Shown here: positions 50,281-63,566 of the stretch, in pieces
How the letters are laid out: the number at the start of each line of letters is the position of its first letter
Numbering within the stretch: the first letter of the stretch is position 1
Assembly (NCBI RefSeq): GCF_006345805.1
Contig: NC_042998.1
Coordinates: 54,746,001-54,810,000, forward strand
Reading direction: 5' to 3'
DNA from: Octopus sinensis
Lineage: Eukaryota
DNA length: 64,000 nt
The notes under the pieces: model-generated
The model's database searches: none
Told to the model about the DNA's origin: nothing
What the model saw: only the letters and a program-made list of their open reading frames with translations
Made by a program: the position numbers and the translations under genes

Positions 50281-52164
50281 ACAGTTCAATACTAAATGAT
50301 CTACTGCAGCCCCAGCAGTAGAGGAACCCTGATTTGGGTGATTTTGATAACTAATTTATTCCTCCTATTCTAATTTAATGATGCCAGTCTACCAAATCCC
50401 ACAACCACCACCATGACTACGTCTTTCAGTGTTATTTAAGCTAGGACCTCTGATATTGTTGTTCACAGGGAACATGAACAGATTCAGATCCCTTTCTGTC
50501 CAGAAACCTCATCAGTGTTTGTTTGTTTGGTTTTTTTGTTATCATTTTTTTTTTGTACAGACAAACCAACTCCAAATAAAATTTATTTAATAAATGTTGA
50601 CATATTTAACTCTGGCTCTTCAAATCACTCTTAAAAATACACACTCAGAGAATTTTCAAATAAACTACCGTTTTGCTAAAGAACTGGTTTTGTACTCATC
50701 ATCTTCATAAGTAGTTTGTCGTTGTTGCTGTTGTTGTTGTTGTCATCGTAGTCGCTGTTGTGGATTTTTTTTTTCTAATACACCCACCCCTATTCATCAT
50801 TGTATTGTATGTGTTTTCTTTTCCCTCTCTCTCTCTCTCTCTCTCCCACCATCTCTCTCTTTCTCTCTCTCTCCCTGTATGTGTATTTTATTTTCAAGCT
50901 TGTATTATTTTGTTTTCCATTTATCAACAGTCTGGTCGCTTTTTTTGTTCACTTTCATGGAAAATTGTTTCCATCTGTGTAATATTTATGTTGTGCTTGT
51001 GAATGTGCATGCATGTGTGTGTGTGAAATGTAATAACATGTCTTTCAATGTATGTGCATGTAGTGATGTGTATAATTACATACACACACACACACATATT
51101 TATATACGCATATGTATATGTAATATCATGTCTATAAAGTCTATATGTATATACGCATGGTTATGTGTATACATACATACATACATACATACTTATATAT
51201 GTGTATATATATGTGTGTATATTTATATATATACACACACACACATATATATATACATCTTTATATATACATCAATAAATATAAATGTATAAATACATCT
51301 ATATATATATATATATATATACACACACCCATGCTAGCATGGAAGGCAAACGTTAAACAATGATGATGATGATGTATATATATATACACATACACACACA
51401 CACACATATATATATACATGCTTGTTTGTATATATATATATGTGTGTGTATCCATACACACAGACTTGTACATAAACTGTTGCAGTGATATTTTCTTATG
51501 AGTTCCTCTTTATAATTTTTCATTGTCACACTAAACAATTTTGCAACCAGTTTAAGCAGAAACTTCTTCCCCTCACCCCTCTTCTCCTTTCCCTTACCCT
51601 TCCATCTATTTTTACTTACTCTTTTCTTTAAATTTTTTCATTGATTTTTGTTTTTGTTTTTTTTTTGTTTTTTTCTTAATATTTACACTATATGTGTTTC
51701 TGTGTAAAGATTCCATGAGACCACCCCTAAAGATTAAGAAATACTGGTTAGTGATATAATCTAGACAAGTTTTGTGGCTACTGTAAATGAGAAATGTTTA
51801 TTGTAAGATTAAATGATGATAAGTTTGGTTGGTGGATGTGTGGTGTGTTGTATTTTAATCTTTCATAACTCTAACATTCAATGGTTTTCTTCTTTGCAAC
51901 ATCTCTAATTTTAAGCTATAATGATGATTGAGTTCTTACCATTCTACTATATCCTTGTGGTTGTTGTTGTTCTTCTTGTTGCACTTTAGCTCAAAGTTAT
52001 CTCTGATTCTAATCTTTTAGACCTTTGATCCAAAAAGTATTCCACATACTGTCATTCCGGAATAGTGTGTCTTAGAGCACAATATCCGAGGTGTCCTTTT
52101 AAAAAAATTTTAAAAAGCGCTAGGGTGACAAACACAGACACACAAACATACACACACATAAAGG

Positions 52165-52545
52165 TGTGGCTGTGTGGTAAGAAGCCTGCTTCTCAACTAC
52201 ATTGTCCTGGGTTCAGTCTCACTGCATGGCAACTTGGGCAAGTGTATTCTACTATAGCCTTGCTCTGACCAAAACCTTGTGAGTGGGTTTGGTAGATAGA
52301 AACTGAAAGAAACCTATCATATATGCGTGCATGTGTGTGTGTTCCTAGCACCACTTGATAACCGGTGTTGGTTTGTTTGTGTTCCCAAAACTTTGCAGTT
52401 TGATAAAAGATACCAAAGTACTCTGTTTTAAAAAGAAAGAATAAGTACTGGGATTGCTTCATTCGACTAAAAGTTCTTCAAGGTGATGCCCCAGCAAGGT
52501 CGCAGTTTAATAACTGAAACAAGTAAAGGATAAAATAAAACAAAT
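52165..52545 (+). mobile_element. Family B SINE
   Basis: Complete, diverged. Confidence 0.82.
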
Positions 52546-53224
52546 GCTTGGGTGTGATTTGGAGGGACTTGTGGCTGTTATTTCTGATTGATTGAGAACT
52601 TATGTTGAGGTGCCCTAGTTGATTCATGGTAATTGTTTTACTCCAGATTACACCTGTTCCAAAAGACGTGGGTTGAATACAAGAACCTCCTCTCACACGT
52701 ATGTGTGTATATATATGTATCTATATGTATATTTATACATGTGTGTGTGTATGCATATGTTTGTGCCTTCTTGCCTTGAACTTGTGGTAGTTGTAAACAG
52801 ATGTCACCTTCATACAAGCAGTGTCCTTCATTTTTGATCTTGCATGGAAACAGCTTGCCTGGCTGTGAGGAGATATTACTTTACTTGAAAACAAGTGAGG
52901 GTTGGTGACAGGAAGGGCATCCAGCTGTAGGAAGTCCACCTCAACAAATTCCATCTGACCCATTCAAGCATGAAAAAAGTGAATGTTAAAACAATAGTGA
53001 AGATGATCTGTAATGCTTTATAGGATTATCAAATCAACCACTGTATATACGATTGGCACTTTATTTTTGTCTTCCCAGACGAAAGGCAAAGTTAAGCTCA
53101 GCATGATTTGAACTCAGAGATATAGAAGACCATAACTAAATACCTCAGGTATTTTATTCAAGGTCTCAAATACTTCGGCCAATCCTTATTATTGAACTCT
53201 AAATTACTCTGCCTCAGATCTCAG

Positions 53225-53630
53225 TTTACTCTTACTCTTTTACTCTTTTACTTGTTTCAGCCATTTGACTGCAGCCATGCTGGAGCACTACCTTTAGTCG
53301 AGCAAATTGACCCCCAGGACTTATTCTTTGTAAGCCTAATACTTATTCTATCGGTCTCTTTTGCCGAACCGCTAAGTTACGGAGCACATAAACACACCAG
53401 CATCGGTTGTCAAGCAATGCTAGGGGGACAAACACAGACACACACACATACATATATATATACATATATACGACGGGCTTCTTTCAGTTTCCGTCTACCA
53501 AATCCACTCACAAGGCTTTGGTCAGCCCGAGGCTATAGTAGAAGACACTTGCCCAAGATGCCACGCAGTGGGACTGAACCCGGAACCATGTGGTTGGTAA
53601 GCAAGCTACTTACCACACAGCCACTCCTGT
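53225..53630 (-). mobile_element. Family B SINE
   Basis: Reverse complement of the 40786 copy. Confidence 0.9.
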
Positions 53631-54789
53631 TCAACAATATTTATTTTACCTCTTATTTTCTTATTCTACTGCATGATAAATGGAGCAGAATTCCATGCCT
53701 GGATAGAATACAAGATACATTGACAGCAGCTCTGCAGTATTCTTGATAGAGTTAAAAGCTACAGCAAGACCTGCTACTCTTCCTTTTTTGTTTTTGATGA
53801 GTGTCTTTTAGTTAACACTTGGTGTCGTGTATGTGAAATTAGACTTCCTCTGTGTTGTTGCATATTTTCCTGATTAAAAAAAATAACGTTCAACAAACTC
53901 TTTATACAATATATCAAACTTGGTTTTCATTGACATTAGCTAAAAAAAAAAATTGATTCAGTTTTTTATTTTTTTTCTCCCAATCTTTAAGTTTTTTTGC
54001 TATAGGGAAAAAGAACAAAAAGCAATGAGAAAGTCTTATTTTTATCAGGTTTCAAATTTAAAAAAAAAAAGTTTAATTTTTTCCTTTCCAATGCTAAGAA
54101 AAGAATGAAAGCAATGGAGACCAGCTGGTATGTGATATCAGATTGTGGGCATTTTTTCTTCCTGGTGTAGAAACTAAAAAAAAAAAATGGCTTATAATTT
54201 ACTTTAATTTAGAACGAGTGAAAAATTTTGACCAATCATTTTGTTGCGTTATGCATACATTTATATACACTCACATTCTTTTCCCTCTTCTTTCTCTCTC
54301 CTTCACTCTCTCTTTCAGCGTCCTATCAGTACACACACACATACAAAGATTATGTAGATCTCCCAAGTTGCCTTGAAATTAAAATTGGACATTTTGTGAT
54401 TTTTGTTTTACTTTGAATCTGTTATCTTCAGATCATTGTAATTTTGAATAAAATAGGTGAAACTTTTACCACACTAAGCTGCTGATGCTCAGTTGTGTAT
54501 ATATGTGTGTGTGTGTGCATGCATGTGTGGGTAAATGCAGTAGGGCCAAATGACTAAAGAAGCTCATTTTTTTAAATCTCGAGGTACCAGGTTCAATCTC
54601 ACTCTGTGGTTTCTTACCCATGTAATTTTTCAATAGCCCCAAGTTCAACCCATACCTTGTGACCTTGTAAATGTTATTGGGTAGATGGAAACTGTGTAGA
54701 AGCCCATTAAGTGGATTGTACCTGTTATTCAAAGGTACAGCCTTGTCACACAATGTCATGGTGATTCTGTCACCTGAGATTAAGATTAA

Positions 54790-54983
54790 CCCTTTAGCAT
54801 CCAGGTATATCTCTCAAATGAAATGCTTATTTACTCACATTGTTTTGAATGAATCATGCTTTAGCTTGTAGCTTTGAGATTTCAATAGTGTGTTTATTTT
54901 TAGAATGACATTGTAGGGTAAGTGTGAGAGGTTGGATCTGGTCAGTATTTGGGTTGGAAATGGCTGGATTTAATGCTAAAGGG
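54790..54983. mobile_element. piggyBac-like MITE
   Basis: TTAA|CCCTTTAGCAT ... ATGCTAAAGGG|TTAA. Confidence 0.8.
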
Positions 54984-55644
54984 TTAAGGCTACATATGCC
55001 TGTTTGATGCTCAGTCACTTACTTACGAATTCATCGAACAGGTGATTCAGTTGCCAAAACAACTAAACTCTCATCACCAGAACTGACAGAGACTCATCCA
55101 TCTATGTGTACATAGATCTTTTATTGTTTACCTTTTACTTGTTTTATGTGGGCCACATGAGACATGTGGAGGCGCCTAGCTTAAAGGTTAGGTGTTGGAC
55201 TCATGGTCATAAGCTTGTGGTTTCAATTCTTGGACCGGGTGATGCATTGCATTCTTGAGCAAAACATTTTTTTTACATTGCTCCAGTCCGCTCAGCTGGC
55301 AAAAATGAGTAATCTTGTGAGGGACTGGTGTCCCATCCAGGTGCAGAATATATAAACCATGAAACCAGGAAATTGGCCCATATGAGTCAGTATCACTTGA
55401 GAAGATTAATTTACATGGCTCATCATCAGCTAAGTCACACTTAAAAATATCCAAGGCAATTTTACTTTACAATTTTTCATTCAGAAAGACCAATGGTCTA
55501 CAGTTTGCTCATACCTGTTGTGTGTGGTTTGTTACCCAGTACACTCTGTAAAAATGTTAGTGTTAGGAAGGGCATCCAGCCATAGAACCATGTTTTGTGA
55601 ATGGATTGGTAAACGGAAACTGAAAGAAACCCGTCGTATACATA

Positions 55645-56965
55645 TGTCATCATCATCATCATCATCGTTTAACGTCCGCTTTCCATGCTAGCATGGGTTG
55701 GACGGTTCAACTGGGGTCTGGGAAGACAGAAGGCTGCACCAGGCCCAGTTTGATCTGGCAGTGTTTCTACAGCTGGATGCCCTTCCTAACGCCAACCACT
55801 CCATGAGTGTAGTGGGTGCTTTTTACGTGCCACTGGCACAGGTGCCAGACAAGGCTGGCAAATGGCCACGATCGGGTGGTGCTTTTTACGTGCCACCGGC
55901 ACGGAGACCAGACGAAGCTGGCAATGGCCACGGTCGGAAGGTGCTTTTTACGTGCTACCGGCACGGAAGCCAGTCAGGGCGGCGCTGGCTACAGCCATGT
56001 TCGGATGGTTCTCTTACGTGCCACCGGCACTGGTATCACAGCTACAAATTCCACTGACGTTGATAGATTACAATTTTGATTTTGATTTTGATTTTCACTT
56101 GCCTCAACAGGTCTTCACAAGTGGAGTTTTGTGTCCCAAGAAGGAAAGGAACACATAAGTAGGCTGGCTACATCCCAGGTAGAGGCCACGGGATTATGGC
56201 CTCACCTGTCCTGCTGGGTCTTCTCACGCATGGCATACTTCCAATGGTCTCAGTCTCTAGTCATTTCCTCGGTGAGACCTAAAGTTCGAAGGTCGTGCTT
56301 CACCACCTCGTCCCAGGTTTTCCTGGGTCTGCCTCTTCCACAGGTTCCCTCAACCGCTAAGGTGTGGCACTTTTTCACACAACTATCTTCATCCATTCTC
56401 ACCACATGACCATACCAGTGCAAATGTCTCTCTTGCACACCACAACTGATGCTTCTTAGGTCCAACTTTTCTCTCAAAGTACTTACACTCTGTTGAGTAT
56501 GAACACTGACATTACACATCCATCGGAGCATACTGGCTTCACTTCTTGCGAGCTTACGCATATCCTCAGCAGTCAGGGCCCATGTTTCACTGCCATGTAG
56601 CATGGCTGTTCGTACACATGCGTCATACAATCTGCCTTTTACTCTGAGTGAGAGGCCTTTTGTCACCAGCAGAGGTAAGAGCTCTCTGAACTTTGCCCTG
56701 GCTATTCTTACTCTAGCAGTTACGCTTTCAGCACACCCACCCCCGCTACTGACTTGGTCACCTAGGTAACGGAAGCTATCAACTATTTCTAGTTTTTCTC
56801 CATGGAATGTGGCGGAAGATGGTCTCTGCGTATTTTCAGTGTTTATGGCTCCTGAGCATTTGCCACACACAAAAACTATCTTCCTAGTTAGCCTTCCTTT
56901 GACATTGCTGCACCTCTTATGTGTCCATAGCTTACACTTGGTGCATCTTATAGAGTTTCTACCTA
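55645..56965 (-). mobile_element. Second 5'-truncated RTE LINE nested in a family B SINE
   Basis: Closely similar to 43105-44450. SINE 5' part ends at 55645 and its 3' half resumes at about 57010. Confidence 0.93.
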
Positions 56966-58384
56966 CATGTATATATATATGATGATGATGATGATATATA
57001 TATATGTACGTGTGTGCATATGTCTGTATTTGTCCCCCCAACATCGCTTGACAATCGATGCTGGTGTGTTTACATCCCCGTAACTTAGTGGTTCGGCAAA
57101 AGTGACCGATAGAATAAGTACTAGGCTTACAAAGAATAAGTCCTGGGGTTGATTTGCTCGACTAAAGGTAGTGCTCCAGCATGGCTGCAGTCAAATGACT
57201 GAAACAAGTAAAAGAGATTCACTCACAAGGCTTTGTTGACTTGAGGCTATGATAGTGCCACACAGAGGGACTGAACCAGGAACCATGTGGTTGGGAAGCA
57301 AAATTCTTACCAAATAGCCATAAATATACTCAGTATTTGAATCTGATGAAATATCTGTTACAGTTTGTTATTTAGAGAAATTGTAAATTGTTTCTTTCTG
57401 GATTTCTTCATTTGTTTGGTTTTTGCATTTTTATGCTTTTTTTTTTTTTGCTTTCTTTTAAAATTTATATCTTTCTCCACCCCACCAACTCCATCTCTTG
57501 AATTCAGAACAATTAAGAAAAAAAACATAGGACAAGCAAACTATATTTCTTGTCTATCTGAAAGAAAAGGGAAAAAAAAAACCATAGAAACTCTTACCTT
57601 ACCTTCGTCTTTAAGCTTTTGAGAAATAAGGTATGGTGCTTGAGGAAGCTAGAATTCTAACAAACAACAAAAGAAAAGCTATGTGAAAGAATAGAGAGTT
57701 GTGTACAGATTGAACATATGTTATTCCAATGATCTTTGTTGTAATCTGTTTAGCTGGGGATTTTCTGCAGTTTATCTCAAGTTGTCAAGATAGCAAACAG
57801 CAATGCATCTTTACCTTCGAGAGATAATATGACTATCTGCCTCACTGTTAATTAAACTAAGATTATTTATGTCTGACCTGTCCCAATAAGAAAAGCAGAT
57901 TCTGTGATTGAAAGAGAAAGAGAGAAGAAAATGATATCCTATAGGATTAGATAGGCTGGAAGAGAAGCAGTGTACGCACAGTGCCATTATATTCATTCTT
58001 CCCTCTACTAACATTCAGCTGTAGATCTGTTAAGAATTATTTGATATATCTTTCTAGTTAGCTGTAAATTTTCTCAGCAGAATACAGACATTTCATTTTC
58101 ACTGTATGCCACTACAAGATGAACAATGAACAGTGATATCTTAACATAGTTGATTAATTTTCTGTTACCAGCTTCCAACAATAATGGTTCCTGGTCTATC
58201 AAAGGTTTTACGTAAGATGGCTGGTGCTAGAATCATTTACGCATCAGACAAAATGCTTTGTGGCACTTCTTCCAGTCCTTCATATTCATGTTCTTCTTTG
58301 TCCTTATAACAGAATGGTGTGGTCAGAAGGGGTTTTACTGTTATTTCTTGCAAATCAAACAATCCCATTGTGATTTCTCAGTAC

Positions 58385-58760
58385 TTTTTCTTTTATTCTT
58401 TTACTTGTTTCAGTCATTTGACTGGCTATGCTGGAGCACTGCCTTAAAGGGTTTTTAGCTGCAGAAATCAACCCAATGATTTATTCTATTGGCCCTTTTT
58501 GCCAAACTGCTAAGTTACAGGGATGTAAACACACCAACATCGGTTGTCAAGCAATGGTGGAGGAACAAATACAGACATGAAGACACAGAGATATATGTAT
58601 ATATATGATGGACTTCTTTCAGTTTCCATCTACTAAATCCACTCACAAAGCTTTGCTCAGCCCAAAGCTATAGTAGAAGACACTTGCCCAAGGTGTCATG
58701 TAGTGGGACTGAACCCAGGACCATAATGTTGGTAAGCAAGCTTCTTACCACACAGCCACG
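58385..58760 (-). mobile_element. Family B SINE
   Basis: Reverse-orientation full copy. Confidence 0.85.
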
Positions 58761-59682
58761 CCTGTTGGTGGTATCCTTTATAAAACATAGCTGTGATGAT
58801 ACAAATCACTGTATGAACCAGACTATTGGATATTGTTATACACTGCTGCTCACAATGTACTTCCTCATGTTGTAGCTTTTGAATAATGCTACCCTGTTGA
58901 GTAGGTGGGTAGGCCAACATTCCACTTGACTGGAAGTTTAATCCATTTGCAGGTTTACCCATTTACAGCTGAGTGGACTGGAGCAATGTGAAATAAAGTG
59001 TTATGCTGAAAAACACAATGAACCACCAGTTTGGAAATTGAAACCATGACCTTGTGATCATGAGTGCAACACCCTAACCACTAAAGCATGACCCTGAAAA
59101 AATGAAAGGCAAAGTCAACCTCAGTGGAATTTGAACTCAGAACATAACAGCAGATGAAATACTGCTAAGCATTTTGCCCAGCATGCTAACGATTCTGCCA
59201 GCTAATAATAATAACGGTTTCAAATTTTTCCACAAGGGCAGCAGTTTTGAGGGAGGGGATAAGTTGATTACATCAGCCCCAGTGTTCATCTGGTACTCAT
59301 TTTATCAACCCTGAAAGGATGAAAGACAAAGTTGACCTTAGGGGAATTTGAACTCAGAACGTAGCGATGGGCGAAACACCGTTAAGCATTTTGTCCAGCA
59401 TGCTAACAATTCTGCCAGCTCGCTGCCTTTGATAATGATAATAATCCTTTCTACTGAAGACACAAGGCTTGAAATTTGAGTGGGGGAAACTAGTTGATTA
59501 CATCAACCTCAATGTTTCTCTGGTACCTAATCTATCAACTCCAAAAGGATGAAAGGCAAAGTTGACCTCAGCAGAATTTGAACTCAGAACGTAGCGACAG
59601 ACAAAATACCACTAAGCATTTCGCCTGGCATGCTAATGATTCTGCCAGTTCACCGCCTTAATAATAACAATAACCCTTTCTA

Positions 59683-59882
59683 CTTAGTTAGTTAGTTAAT
59701 TTGGCTCAAAAGCAAATAGCAAGGCCATATAGGGGGACATGGAGTTAAGTACAGGGTGGTGTTCATGTAAAGAGTTCAGGCCACTTGAGGTCCAAGGAGG
59801 CTTTGAACAAAGCGGTCGTCGGCATCTTTACCATCTCGTCTGGCAGCTTGTTCCACGGATCCGCAACCCGGACGGAGAAAGC
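59683..59882 (-). mobile_element. 3' end of a different CR1-clade LINE with (AACT)n tail
   Basis: AFSVRVADPWNKLPDEMV...FKASLD. Interrupts a family C SINE tail. Confidence 0.8.
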
Positions 59883-60827
59883 TCCTACAAGGCCTGAAAT
59901 TTGGGTGGGGGAGGCTAGTCAATTACATCAACCTCACTGTTTAACTGGTATTCATTTTATTGATCCAAGAAAGACAAAAGGCAAAGTCAACCTTCACAGA
60001 ATTTGAATTTAGAATATAACAAGTTGGGAAGAAATGCCACTAAGCATTGTTTGTCACATTAATGCTTCTGCTAGTCTACCACCTTAATGATAATAATAAT
60101 TCTTCCTCTAGAGTAGCGAGCTGGCAGAAACGTTAGCATGCCGGGCGAAATGCTTAGCGGTATTTCGCCTGCCGTTACGTTCTGAGTTCAAAGTCCACCG
60201 AGGTCAACTTTGCCTTTCATCCTTTCGAGGTTGATTAAATAAGTACCTGTTATGCACTAGGGTCAATGTAATCGTTTGTCTGTCCTTGTTTGTTCCCTCT
60301 GTGTTTAGCCCCTTGTGGGTAGTAAAGAAATAGATATTTTGTCTGTCGTCACATTCTGAGTTCAACTTCAGCCAAGGTTGACTTTGCCTATCATCTTTTT
60401 GGGTCAGTTAAATAAGTACCAGTTGAATGCTGGCCTTGTACCAAAATTTGAAATCATTAATTCTTTCTGCTGTAGACACTAGGCTTGAAATTCTAGGGGC
60501 AAAGGACTAGTTGATTACAGTAACCCCAGGGTTCAACTGGTACTTAACTTGTCAAAAATAAGAGGAAACACAAAATCAACCTCAACAGAATTTGAACTCA
60601 GAACATAAAATAATAATAATAATAATATATCATAATAGGTGCATTAGGTATGATAAAAAAATATTCAGACAAATACATAACAAAAACACCAGGTCTAACA
60701 AATATATATAACATACAGAAACCAGGCTGTATATAACATACAGACACACCAGGCTGTGCTCAGTAGTGCAGTGAAAGCACATGATAAATGTAAGACTACT
60801 GAATGATAATAATAATAATAATAATAA

Positions 60828-61378
60828 TAAGTACCAGGAACTGGCTCTCATGGCTTCTGATCTTAACTGATTGAAAGTGTTATCATGTACATGTTTTGTT
60901 TTAGTGTAAAAAAAAGATGGGCTACAGCAAATATTCTGTTCAATACCACAGATCTGCTTATCAGTTGCTTGACCTTAACCAGTTGAGCATGTCCCATAGT
61001 GGCTGATGATATGTGTATCTCTGATTACAAGCAGGAGTAGTGAGAGAACATAATAGCCATGTGTTGAGAGGAGTTCTTCGGGATTTGAATAATTCACCTC
61101 CAGAAACATGGGTGTTTCATTTAACATCCTTAAACGACCCTTATTCAGTGATCTTTTGAGCAGGATGGGCTACTCAATGTTAAGAAAATTCTAACCAGAG
61201 CCCACTTGCAAGGTCATACACTGTTTATATTGACATGAAATCATTATGTCGTGCACATATGGTTGGGATGTATGTGCCTGGTGTACCCTTATCGGATGTG
61301 TAGTCATAATGGGTATATTAGGTTTCGTATATTTGTACTCCAGTGTCACTTTGATAGCATGCACTGCTCCTTCACTCA
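60828..61378. mobile_element. Unclassified 550-bp element flanked on both sides by (AAT)n
   Basis: Sharp composition change between two (AAT)n tracts with no coding motif. Probably a retroposon 3' UTR. Confidence 0.5.
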
Positions 61379-63294
61379 ATAATGATAATAATAATAATAA
61401 TAATAATAATGATAATAATAATAATACTTTCTACTAAAGGCACAAAGCCTGGAGTTTGCGAGGAGGGGACTGGTCAGTTGCATCAACCCCAGTGTTTCAC
61501 TGGTACTTAATTTATCAACCCCAAAAGGATGAAAAGCAAATTTGAAACCAGAACGTAAAGGCAGACAAAATATCTCTAAGCATTTCACCCAGCATGCTAA
61601 TGATTTTGCCAGCTTGCTACCTTAATGATAATAATAATAATCTTTTCTACTCTAAGCCCAAGGCCCGAAACTCTGAGGGTGGGGGGAGGCCAGTCAGTTA
61701 GATTGACCCCAGTATGAAACTGGTACTTAATTTATCAACCTCGAAAGGATGAAAGGCAAAGTTGACCTTGGCAGAATTTAGACTCAGAGCATAAAGACAG
61801 ATGAAATACCGCTAAGTATTTGACCTGGCGTGCTCAGATTTCTGCCAGCTCACTACCTTAATAAAAATAATAATAATAACAACAACAGCAACAACAACAA
61901 CCATCATTTAACATCCATTTTCCATGCTGGCCTGAATAGGATGGTTTGACAGGAACTAATAGGGCCAGGGACTACACCAGGTTCCATAGTCTATTTTAGC
62001 TTAGTTTCTATAGCTGGATGCCCTTCCTAACACCAACCTCTCTACAGGGTGTACTGGGTGCTTTTTATGTGCACTATATAAAGTGGCTGGTGTGCGCAAG
62101 GGCATCCAGCCGTAGAAACCAAGCCAAAAACACACTATGGAATAATAATAATAATAATAACAATAATAATCATTATAATGATAATAATAACAACAACAAC
62201 AACAACAATATGAAAAAGAAGAATATTTTCTTTTTGTTTTAATATTTAATTATTTTTTCCCCTTTCTTTTTCATTTCTTTATTACTTTTGGTACCTCTTA
62301 GAAATGATAGCTCTCTTTGAAATTCTGGTTTTTAGAATTTACATTATCAACAATTCACTTACATTAACACTTTTTCATTATTTCTAACTGCTTCTCTTCA
62401 AGTGTTTCTTACCATTTAGAAAAGAAAATAGTGTGTTTTGCAAGTCTTTCTTTGCAGCTGGAATTCTCAAAAATCTTTATATCAAAACATAATAACTTGC
62501 AAACAACTTCAAAAGAATATTAAAGAATATTTGCAAAAAAATATTAGAATGGTTCTTAGTTTTGCAAGTTTTTTTTTTGTTGTTTTTTGGGTTTTTTTGT
62601 AATTTTTTTTTTGTTATGTATGCATATGTATGTGTATGCATGCGATTTTTGTTGTTGTTTTTTATTTTTCATAGTTGAATCATAGCAATCACTTTGACCA
62701 TCCTCCTCCTCCCCCTCATCCTCATCATCATTATGAATGTGGTTATTATTAGGTTTTTTGTCATTTGATTTACAGATGTTCCCACGTAGTATATTGCTTA
62801 CATTCAAAAGCGTCTGTTTTTTTTTTCCCCCTTTTGTATGTGTGTGTATTGTCTATGGGTGTTGTCAAGGTGGGGTGTTGGGGTGTTTATGTGGTAAAGT
62901 ATACGCTACTTTGATGATCCTACCATGAAATGAGGGTTATTATCCATTGTAGGAGTTCCACATTGAAGTGTAATTATACTTTATAAAAACAATAGCTCAG
63001 ACTACTAGTCAGATAGCACACAGTTGTACGATGTACATGTATGTATTACACACATACACACACATATGCATACATATCACCACCATCACTGTTTTAATGA
63101 CCACTTCTCCATACTGGCATGGGTCGGACTGGATTTCCAGCAGCCAGATGCCTTTCGTGTTGCCTACTTTCACCTGTCTCCATGGCTTAACGTGTTATTG
63201 GAAATGAAAAACACTGCTTGCTTAACAGTGATGCTCATTTACAACTGTCAAGGAATGTCAAACCAAGGAGACAGTAACACTCACTCACACACAC

Positions 63295-63330
<36 letters not shown>

Positions 63331-63331
<1 letters not shown>

Positions 63332-63521
63332 GAAGGAGCTTCTACAGGACTAGAACTGTTTCATTCAAGAGAAATCATCAGGAAGCTTCCTGATGATTTC
63401 TCTTGAATGAAACAGTTCTAGTCCTGTAGAAGCTCCTTCTATATAATAAATAAATTAATTTTACTCTGCTATGTATTGAGTACCTTATTTACTGTAGTTA
63501 ACCCCGAATCAACCCGGGACC

Positions 63522-63528
<7 letters not shown>
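63331..63528. mobile_element. Third (TA)n-flanked hammerhead-bearing fold-back element
   Basis: Perfect palindrome at 63331-63440 centred on GGAAG|CTTCC, plus a unique tail up to (TA)n. Confidence 0.85.
63384..63434 (+). ncRNA. Type I hammerhead ribozyme (identical copy on minus at 63337-63387)
   Basis: AGCUUC CUGAUGA U-UUC-UCUU-GAA-U GAA ACAG-UUCUAGUC-CUGU A|GAAGCU. 6-bp stem I, 4-bp stem III, GUA cleavage site after 63428. Confidence 0.85.

Positions 63529-63566
<38 letters not shown>

Larger units (their letters stand above)
59095..61862. mobile_element. Cluster of about 9 family C SINEs separated by (AAT)n
   Basis: Minus copies at about 59095, 59205, 59435, 59665, 60465, 61425 and 61640. 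Plus copies at about 60110 and 60340. Confidence 0.85.

Noticed and set aside
57745-57830. Plus-strand phase-1 candidate for the next TSEN54 exon (AGDFLQFISSCQ)
   Set aside because: No usable donor before the stop, and only superficial similarity. The same applies to candidates at 62459 and 63820.
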